From contig CAZUKA010000002.1 in assembly GCA_964620905.1 (NCBI GenBank), positions 121,154 through 185,153 on the forward strand: a DNA stretch of 64,000 bases, written 5' to 3'. The notes under the pieces were generated by a model, which was not told where the DNA came from, searched no databases, and saw only the letters and a program-made list of their open reading frames with translations. Shown here one piece after another: positions 57,198 through 64,000 of the stretch. Positions within the stretch are counted from its first letter, which is position 1; the number at the start of each line of letters is the position of its first letter. Made by a program: the position numbers and the translations under genes. This DNA is from an uncultured Gammaproteobacteria bacterium. Lineage in GTDB: Bacteria; Patescibacteriota; Patescibacteriia; S139-126.

Positions 57198-58793
57198 TTG
57201 TTTTACACTATGAATGAAATAAAAAGACATAAATATTTGTTTATCAATATTGTAGCCCTAAGTATAGTGGGAGCAGTTTTTAGTTGGTTAATTTTATCTG
57301 ACTATCAAAGTGGTGATATTTTTGCCACTGGTAAAACTGATACCAATATAGATGAGCAGGAAATAAAAGTTTTAACCAACCGTCAAGGTAAAGAGTGGTT
57401 TTTACCGGTTGGTACTTATAAATTTAAATCATCGGTTAGTAAAAAAGATCTGAAATTTTTATCAGGGGAAATTGATCCTTTGGATGCCGCGGTAGGTGAA
57501 AAGCAAAAAATTAGTATAATTGTCCAATCACCAGTCGGTGTGAAAAAAGTTTTGGCGCGAATTGCCACTGACAAAAAAATAAAAGAACTGGAGTTAACAA
57601 AGGTAAGTTCGGTATCGGCACTTGATTATACATCTGATTATTTTATCTTGGCTGGTCAAGATTTAAAAATTGATTCCAAAATTATAAAAATAGTGCGGTC
57701 ACTAGAAACGGTGGCGAAAAAAATATCTGTTTTCAATTTTGCCAGCGCGCAAAGCAATGCAGGGGAAAAATGGGAAGCTACTTGGTTGGTGGATGATACT
57801 TATGAAAAAAATTATAAAATTACATTTATTGCCGAAGATAATAGCGGTCTGACAAACAATTTTACTTTGACTTGGTCTGACCCTTGTCCGATAGCTATCA
57901 ATGCTTTGCCGCCCGGTGGTAGTGGTAGTACTTGGGGATTGGAACAAGATTGTACAATTTTGCCAGGGATGGTTGATGGAATTGAGAATGGTAATGTTTT
58001 GATTGATAAGGGTAATACTATTTTTGTTCAAGGTACTTTTGTATTCAACCCGAATTTTCGCATCGATGTTGCTGATGGAAATATTATAATTGGTACTAGT
58101 AGCGGCGGCCAAATCAAAAAAACCTATATGTGGTATTGTGATCCAGATGGTGATGGCTATACCAGCACTGGTCAGATTGGTACTATCTATGCCCAAGATA
58201 CTAAACCAGCTTGTGGTGGGGGTACTGGAGGTGGTTTTAACAATTTACTGCAAAGAGTAGTAAAACTATTTAAACCACAACCAACTCTATCGGCAGAAAT
58301 CTGCGGTAAAACCACTTTAGTTTATGCCAAGCGACGCTATGATTATAAAGGCGTAGCCGATGGCTCATTAAAAGACTGTTACGAAGAATCACAATATGCC
58401 CATGATGGTTCAACTGTTTTTTGTGAAAAAGGTCGTAACTGCGATCGAATTACTGGTAGTTGTGATGGTAGTGCAAATTTTGACTATAACTGTGATAATA
58501 TTATTACCCAACAATTTACAACTATAGCCAGTTGTGGTTATGCACCCCAAGGTTGTTATAATGGATGTTATAGCAGTTGTGATCAGTTTCTCACTCCTGG
58601 TTGGAAAGATAGCCCGGCTCCAAATTGTGGAGATCAAGGAATAATGGCAAATATCTGTTACCACAATGGTGATGGATTTTGTGGAGAAGATTTAAACAAT
58701 GGAAATCCGCTTTATTGTAGTGGTTCAAGACCATATAACTGTCTGTGGATGGAGCCGGATGGCAATACAACAGTAACACAACCTTGTAGGTAG
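57198..58793 (+). CDS. secreted cysteine-rich protein
   Basis: N-terminal TM or signal sequence and a C-terminal third very rich in Cys (CDPDGDGY, CGGG, CDGSANFDYNCDN). Confidence 0.5.
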   Translation: MFYTMNEIKRHKYLFINIVALSIVGAVFSWLILSDYQSGDIFATGKTDTNIDEQEIKVLTNRQGKEWFLPVGTYKFKSSVSKKDLKFLSGEIDPLDAAVGEKQKISIIVQSPVGVKKVLARIATDKKIKELELTKVSSVSALDYTSDYFILAGQDLKIDSKIIKIVRSLETVAKKISVFNFASAQSNAGEKWEATWLVDDTYEKNYKITFIAEDNSGLTNNFTLTWSDPCPIAINALPPGGSGSTWGLEQDCTILPGMVDGIENGNVLIDKGNTIFVQGTFVFNPNFRIDVADGNIIIGTSSGGQIKKTYMWYCDPDGDGYTSTGQIGTIYAQDTKPACGGGTGGGFNNLLQRVVKLFKPQPTLSAEICGKTTLVYAKRRYDYKGVADGSLKDCYEESQYAHDGSTVFCEKGRNCDRITGSCDGSANFDYNCDNIITQQFTTIASCGYAPQGCYNGCYSSCDQFLTPGWKDSPAPNCGDQGIMANICYHNGDGFCGEDLNNGNPLYCSGSRPYNCLWMEPDGNTTVTQPCR

Positions 58794-58921
58794 ATTTATA
58801 TATTTAAAACACCGCCCTGACTGGACGGTGTTTTTGTAGGTTTATTTTTTAATAAATACTCTTAAGCTTACTTACAAAGTTTGTACTGAAAAAAACCACC
58901 TAATTTAAGGTGGTTTTTAGT

Positions 58922-59992
58922 TTATGAATCCAATATACCTAAGGTGAGTTCGTTTATCAGTTCTTTAACTGAGAGAATTTTATTAACTCGGTGCACATTG
59001 GCACCAGCAAAAATTAAACCTTCATCTATTTTACCTTTGAAAGAGTCAACTAGTTTTACCGCTATACAATAGCCGGCTTGATCTCTTTCGCAGGAGTCAA
59101 TGCAATGATAAGGGCAAATAGTTTTGGTTGGTTTATCTTCAGTTAATTTTTTTAAGAATGGATTCATAATAGCTCTGCCTGGCATGCCGACTGGACTTTT
59201 GATAATCATAATATCTTCTTTTTTTGCCTGGATATAGGCTAGCTTGAATTCTTCTGCCACAGGGCATTCACGGGTGGCCACAAAACGTGTTGCCATTTGT
59301 ATGCCACTAGCACCAAGTGCAAGAAAATGAGCGATATCGCTACCAGTATAAATTCCACCAGCCACAACCAAAGGGATTTTTTTGCCGATTTTTTGTTCAT
59401 ACGGTGCAATTATTTTTAGTGTGTCAAGTAAAATTTTTTCCAAATTATAATTTATTGGATCAGCTAATTGCTCCAAAGAGAATCCCAGGTGACCACCTGC
59501 CAAAGGACCTTCAATGATAAAGGCGTCAGGTAGGCGGTCATATCTTTCCCAATAATTTATAATTATTTTAGCTAGTCTAGCTGAACTAATGATTGGAACC
59601 AAAGCCACATGAGGTTCAGGTACTATTTCTGGTAAGGTTTTAGGAATCCCTGCACCATAGACGATAATATGAGCACCAGCCTTAACCGCTGTTTTGATTA
59701 GTTCATTTTTATTGGTTAACACGCCCATAACATTGATGGCAAAAGGATTTGAGGTAAGATTTTTTAGAATTTCAATATTTTTTTCCAATGATTGATTGGA
59801 AATTCTGATATAATCAGCAGCTTTGACACCTTTATAGAGATCCATTAGACCGATAGTGGTCAGTGTTCCTAAACAATCTGCTTGAGCTACAGCAGCTACT
59901 AGGGTTGGTCCGGTAATACGAACGCCCATTGAACCCATAACAATAGGTAAACGAAAACTATATTGGCCAATAGTAAGTTTTGGTATTTTCAT
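58922..59992 (-). CDS. nitronate monooxygenase / FabK-like (NMO family) enoyl reductase
   Basis: TIM-barrel FMN oxidoreductase motifs (IIEGPLAGGHLG and the GAxG Gly-rich loops), with a C-terminal Cys cluster (CPYHCIDSCERDQAGYC). Confidence 0.75.
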   Translation of the reverse strand: MKIPKLTIGQYSFRLPIVMGSMGVRITGPTLVAAVAQADCLGTLTTIGLMDLYKGVKAADYIRISNQSLEKNIEILKNLTSNPFAINVMGVLTNKNELIKTAVKAGAHIIVYGAGIPKTLPEIVPEPHVALVPIISSARLAKIIINYWERYDRLPDAFIIEGPLAGGHLGFSLEQLADPINYNLEKILLDTLKIIAPYEQKIGKKIPLVVAGGIYTGSDIAHFLALGASGIQMATRFVATRECPVAEEFKLAYIQAKKEDIMIIKSPVGMPGRAIMNPFLKKLTEDKPTKTICPYHCIDSCERDQAGYCIAVKLVDSFKGKIDEGLIFAGANVHRVNKILSVKELINELTLGILDS

Positions 59993-60260
59993 GATATAAC
60001 TTCCTTGTATTTTGATATTTTTAAGGTAAATTGTTTTTAGTTTGACACTAAATTAATTTTTGGTCAAAATTATTTGACAATTTTTTATTTTTCCATTAAT
60101 ATAATTTCACAATTAAATAACCCTTAGTATGTTTGTCAATTGGTATATTTTTGCTTTATGAATGGCAAACAGAAGCAATAAGGAAATATTAGCCCTTATT
60201 GGGCTTTTTTTAAATCAATTTATTAGTAATTAGTATTAATAATTAGTAATTAACAAGTGT

Positions 60261-60686
60261 ATGCCCACAATTCATCAATTGATAAAGAGACCAAGAAAAA
60301 CAAAAAAAGCCAAGTCTAAATCACCGGCTTTACAATCTACTTTCAATGTTTTGCGTCGGCACCGGACAAAATTACCCAAAGGCAGTGCTTTTAAGCGGGG
60401 GGTTTGTGTGAAAGTTACTACTACCACACCAAAAAAACCAAATTCAGCTTTGCGTAAAATCGCTAGAGTCAGACTTTCCAATGGTATGGAAGTGACAGCT
60501 TATATCCCTGGAGAAGGACATAATTTACAAGAACATAGCGTAGTAATGATTCGCGGGGGCAGAGTAAAAGATTTACCAGGTGTGCGTTATAAAGTAGTAC
60601 GGGGGGTGTTTGATACTCAAGGTGTGCAAAATCGTAAACAGAGCCGATCTCGTTATGGTGCTAAACGGCCAAAAGCAGAAAAATAA
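60261..60686 (+). CDS. rpsL: 30S ribosomal protein S12
   Basis: [13 protein letters not shown]...[10 protein letters not shown]...[16 protein letters not shown]. Confidence 0.95.
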   Translation: MPTIHQLIKRPRKTKKAKSKSPALQSTFNVLRRHRTKLPKGSAFKRGVCVKVTTTTPKKPNSALRKIARVRLSNGMEVTAYIPGEGHNLQEHSVVMIRGGRVKDLPGVRYKVVRGVFDTQGVQNRKQSRSRYGAKRPKAEK

Positions 60687-60731
60687 TAAGCAATTCCTAA
60701 TACTTTATTCTTAATTCTAAATTCAAATATT

Positions 60732-61211
60732 ATGCGTGGAAAAAGAGCATCTAAAAGAAAAATAGAACCAGATCCAAAGTATCATTCTTTGGAAGTGGCC
60801 AAATTTATTAACCACATCATGTTGCATGGCAAAAAAGCCGTTGCTCAAAAAATTGTTTATGATTGTTTTGACTGGTTGACTTCTAAAACTAAACAAAAAC
60901 CGATTGAGATTTTTGAAAAAGCTTTGCGTAATGTCGCCCCAGTAGTAGAAGTAAAAGGTAGACGCGTGGGAGGAGCTAACTATCAAGTGCCTATTCCTGT
61001 AACCGGAGAGCGAAAAAACAATTTGGCTTTTAGGTGGTTAATCGAAGCGGCCCGCAATAAAAAAGGTAAAGCCATGTCACAAAAATTAGCCGAGGAAATT
61101 TTAGCCGCCACTAACAATGAGGGCGATGCTATCAAAAAGAAGCAAGATGTACAAAGAATGGCCGAAGCAAACAGAGCTTTTGCCCATTTTGCCAATTTTG
61201 TCAGACGCTAA
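60732..61211 (+). CDS. rpsG: 30S ribosomal protein S7
   Basis: Conserved S7 sequence directly downstream of rpsL. Confidence 0.93.
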   Translation: MRGKRASKRKIEPDPKYHSLEVAKFINHIMLHGKKAVAQKIVYDCFDWLTSKTKQKPIEIFEKALRNVAPVVEVKGRRVGGANYQVPIPVTGERKNNLAFRWLIEAARNKKGKAMSQKLAEEILAATNNEGDAIKKKQDVQRMAEANRAFAHFANFVRR

Positions 61212-61253
61212 TTAGTTCAATTATTAATTTTAAAATTGTAAATTATAAAAAAT

Positions 61254-63347
61254 ATGGCTCGAGAATATTCATTAGAAAAGACACGTAATATTGGTATTAT
61301 CGCGCACATTGATGCCGGTAAAACTACGGTTTCAGAAAGAATTTTGTATTATACCGGTAAAAAACATAAATTAGGTGAAGTACATGAAGGGCAAGCGGAG
61401 ATGGATTGGATGGAACAAGAAAGAGAAAGAGGAATAACCATTACTTCCGCTGCCACTACTTGTTTTTGGAAGGACTGTCGGATCAATATTATTGATACCC
61501 CTGGACACGTTGATTTTACCGCCGAGGTGGAACGTAGTTTGCGTGTTTTGGATGGTGGAGTAGTGGTTTTTGATGGTGTGGCTGGAGTAGAATCACAATC
61601 CGAGACGGTCTGGCGACAAGCTGATAAATATAGTGTGCCGCGCATTGCTTTTATCAATAAGATGGATAGAATGGGCGCAGATTTTTATTATGATTTAAAG
61701 ACGATTCACGATCGTTTAACCAAACACGCCCACCCGATTCAATTGCCAATAGGGGCGGCGGAAACCTTTCAGGGTATTGTAGATCTGTTGGAACAAAAGG
61801 CTTATTATTATCGTGATGATTTGGGAGTTAAAATTGAAGAAACCGAGGTACCGGAAAATATGCAAGACAAAGTAGCACAATACCGAGGAGAATTAATTGA
61901 AGCTATTGTAGAAAATGACGAGCATTTGATGCATAAGTATTTGGAAGGTGAAGAAATACCGGTAGATGAATTGCGCCGAGTTTTAAGACAAGCAACTATT
62001 GAAAGTAAAATCGTACCGGTTTTATGTGGCAGCGCTTTAAAGAATAAAGGCGTACAAAAAATGTTGGATGCTGTGATTTATTATTTACCATCGCCTTTGG
62101 ATGTGGAAGCACCCATTGGACACGATGTTGATGATCATGATAAAGAAATCCCACTAGCTATTGGTGATGATAAACCATTGGCTGGATTAGCTTTTAAGAT
62201 CGCTACTGACCCTTATGTTGGTCGTTTGACTTTCTTTCGTGTTTATTCTGGTACCATCAAATCTGGTAGTTATGTTTTAAATAATACCACGGGTGAGAAA
62301 GAAAGAATTAGTCGTTTACTACGAATGCACGCTAATCATCGGGAAGAAATTGATGAGGCATATGCTGGTGAAATTGCCGCCATTGTTGGTCTTAAAAAAA
62401 CTACCACTGGTGACACACTCACCGATGTGGATCATGCTTTACTTTTAGAAAAAATAGAATTTCCAGAACCGGTTATTTCTATTGCTGTTGAACCAAAAAC
62501 TAAGCAAGATCAGGAAAAAATGGGCACAGCTCTCCAAAGATTGGCCGAAGAGGACCCAACCTTTAGGGTGAAAACTGATGAAGAGACTGGTCAGATGATC
62601 ATTTCTGGTATGGGAGAATTGCATTTGGATATTATTGTTGATCGGATGAAACGAGAATTTAAAGTTGAAGCTAACGTTGGCAAACCCCAGGTGGCTTATA
62701 AAGAAACAATCAAAGCTCAAGCTGAAGCCGAAGGAAAATATATCAGACAATCTGGTGGTCGGGGACAGTATGGTCATTGTTGGGTACGAGTGGCACCAAA
62801 TGAAGCTGGTAAAGGTTATGAATTTATCGACGAGATTAAAGGTGGGGTAATACCAAGAGAATATATCCCAGCAATAGATAAAGGTATCAAGGAAGCTTTG
62901 GAAAATGGCGTCTTAGCTGGATATCCGGTTATTGATGTTAAAGCTACTGTTTACGATGGTTCTTATCATGAAGTTGATTCTTCGGAAGCGGCTTTTAAAA
63001 TTGCGGGTAGTAAAGCTTTTCAGGATGCCTTTAAAAAAGCCTCTCCGATTTTACTGGAACCGATTGAAAAGCTGGAAGTGGTTGTTCCAGAAGAATATAT
63101 GGGTGATGTGATTGGTGATTTAAATGCCAAACGAGGACAAATTTTAGAGATGACTGACCGGGGTAATAATAAAGTGGTTTATGCTTATGTACCTTTGGCT
63201 TCCATGTTTGGATACGTAACAACTTTACGTTCTATGACCCAAGGGCGCGGTACTTCATCTATGGAATTTGCTCATTATGCTGAAGTACCAACTAATGTTG
63301 CCAAAGAAATAATTGAGGGTAATAGCGGTAAACAAAAGCAAGAATAA
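61254..63347 (+). CDS. fusA: elongation factor G
   Basis: [25 protein letters not shown] and EF-G domains IV and V. Confidence 0.95.
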   Translation: MAREYSLEKTRNIGIIAHIDAGKTTVSERILYYTGKKHKLGEVHEGQAEMDWMEQERERGITITSAATTCFWKDCRINIIDTPGHVDFTAEVERSLRVLDGGVVVFDGVAGVESQSETVWRQADKYSVPRIAFINKMDRMGADFYYDLKTIHDRLTKHAHPIQLPIGAAETFQGIVDLLEQKAYYYRDDLGVKIEETEVPENMQDKVAQYRGELIEAIVENDEHLMHKYLEGEEIPVDELRRVLRQATIESKIVPVLCGSALKNKGVQKMLDAVIYYLPSPLDVEAPIGHDVDDHDKEIPLAIGDDKPLAGLAFKIATDPYVGRLTFFRVYSGTIKSGSYVLNNTTGEKERISRLLRMHANHREEIDEAYAGEIAAIVGLKKTTTGDTLTDVDHALLLEKIEFPEPVISIAVEPKTKQDQEKMGTALQRLAEEDPTFRVKTDEETGQMIISGMGELHLDIIVDRMKREFKVEANVGKPQVAYKETIKAQAEAEGKYIRQSGGRGQYGHCWVRVAPNEAGKGYEFIDEIKGGVIPREYIPAIDKGIKEALENGVLAGYPVIDVKATVYDGSYHEVDSSEAAFKIAGSKAFQDAFKKASPILLEPIEKLEVVVPEEYMGDVIGDLNAKRGQILEMTDRGNNKVVYAYVPLASMFGYVTTLRSMTQGRGTSSMEFAHYAEVPTNVAKEIIEGNSGKQKQE

Positions 63348-63365
63348 ATAACTTAAATTATTTTT

Positions 63366-63662
63366 ATGGAATGGCAAAATATTATATCAACTTTAAAAAA
63401 AATTGGTCATGAGCTGGTGATCATGGATAAAGAAGATACTTATGTTTTGATGCCTTTTAAACGTTATGATGAATTATTGAACAGTCAACGTGATATTAAA
63501 CAAATGAGTGAAGAAGAGTTAATTCAAAATATCAATCAACAGGTGGCAGATTGGCGGGTTAGCCAGCAACAAATAGAGCAAGAATCAGAGATAAATTTGG
63601 CAGATAAGTCAGTTTCTTCAGCAGATAATGATGATATGTTTTATATAGAACCGGTTGAATAA
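63366..63662 (+). CDS. small acidic hypothetical protein between fusA and tuf
   Basis: 98-aa ORF. This position in the str operon is unusual. Confidence 0.35.
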   Translation: MEWQNIISTLKKIGHELVIMDKEDTYVLMPFKRYDELLNSQRDIKQMSEEELIQNINQQVADWRVSQQQIEQESEINLADKSVSSADNDDMFYIEPVE

Positions 63663-63902
63663 GTTTCCACAAGTTTTCAATAACTTATTCAAAAAAGTTT
63701 AATTTTAGCTAATTTTAGTTGAAATAGTAAAAAAATCTGTATTTTTTTATTAGTAAAGGTAAATACTTGCAAAATAAAAATAACTTTGTTATAATCACCA
63801 AGCATATTTGATTTGAATAATTAATAAATAATTTTAATTTATAGTTAACGGCTGGGTAAAACCCAAACTATTTTGGGGTCGTTAACGAGAGGTAACAATA
63901 AA

Positions 63903-64000
63903 ATGGCAGAAATGTTTGATCGTTCAAAAGAGCACGTCAATGTCGGCACCATCGGTCATGTTGATCATGGTAAAACTACTTTAACTGCCGCCATGTTGAC
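63903..64000 (+). CDS. tuf: elongation factor Tu (5' fragment; continues beyond the window)
   Basis: [32 protein letters not shown]. Confidence 0.9.
   Translation, partial: MAEMFDRSKEHVNVGTIGHVDHGKTTLTAAML

Noticed and set aside
1-64000. Looked for transposases, IS elements, rRNA genes and CRISPR arrays
   Set aside because: None found. No DDE or HUH transposase motifs, no rRNA-like conserved stretches and no regularly spaced repeats.

Overview
The window is an AT-rich (about 30% GC) bacterial chromosome carrying a roughly 39 kb GC-richer (about 45-55% GC) integrated element that I read as a prophage. The host genes present are radA, recG, a DksA-like gene, a Clp/Hsp100 chaperone, htpX, lemA, comFC and the rpsL-rpsG-fusA-tuf operon, together with several large cysteine-rich secreted proteins. 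This gene content and composition suggest a small-genome, possibly CPR/Patescibacteria-like host, but that is inference.

The prophage spans about 8890-48013. It is inserted at the 3' end of a tRNA-Ser(GCU) gene and bounded by a 23-29 bp direct repeat (8871-8899 and 47985-48013).

- Lysogeny module: a large serine recombinase, a CI/LexA-like repressor and a divergent Cro-like gene with palindromic operators.
- Cargo block, all on the minus strand (13071-21576): M23 peptidase, a Zn/Cd-type P1B ATPase, two DsbA-like oxidoreductases, a membrane thioredoxin-like protein, a SurA-like chaperone and a cysteine desulfurase.
- Candidate defence operon (21594-25992, minus strand): a Fic protein, a RadC-like JAB protein and a 929-aa fusion of a PHP phosphoesterase with an SMC/Rad50-like ABC ATPase.
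- Defence-adjacent genes: a small PD-(D/E)xK-like protein and a Dam-type N6-adenine methyltransferase.
- Packaging and head genes: ParB-like nuclease, TerS, TerL, portal, scaffold and major capsid protein.
- Tail and virion genes: a beta-helix tailspike, a striking tandem 14-aa repeat protein and a 937-aa virion protein. I found no tail tube or tape-measure gene.
- Lysis cassette: XhlA-like protein, amidase_2 endolysin and holin.

On the host side, the tRNA-Arg locus is flanked by tRNA-like fragments, and a GC-rich structured RNA candidate sits next to a small hydrophobic peptide ORF.

Every call below comes from reading motifs in the sequence by eye. No database search was possible.
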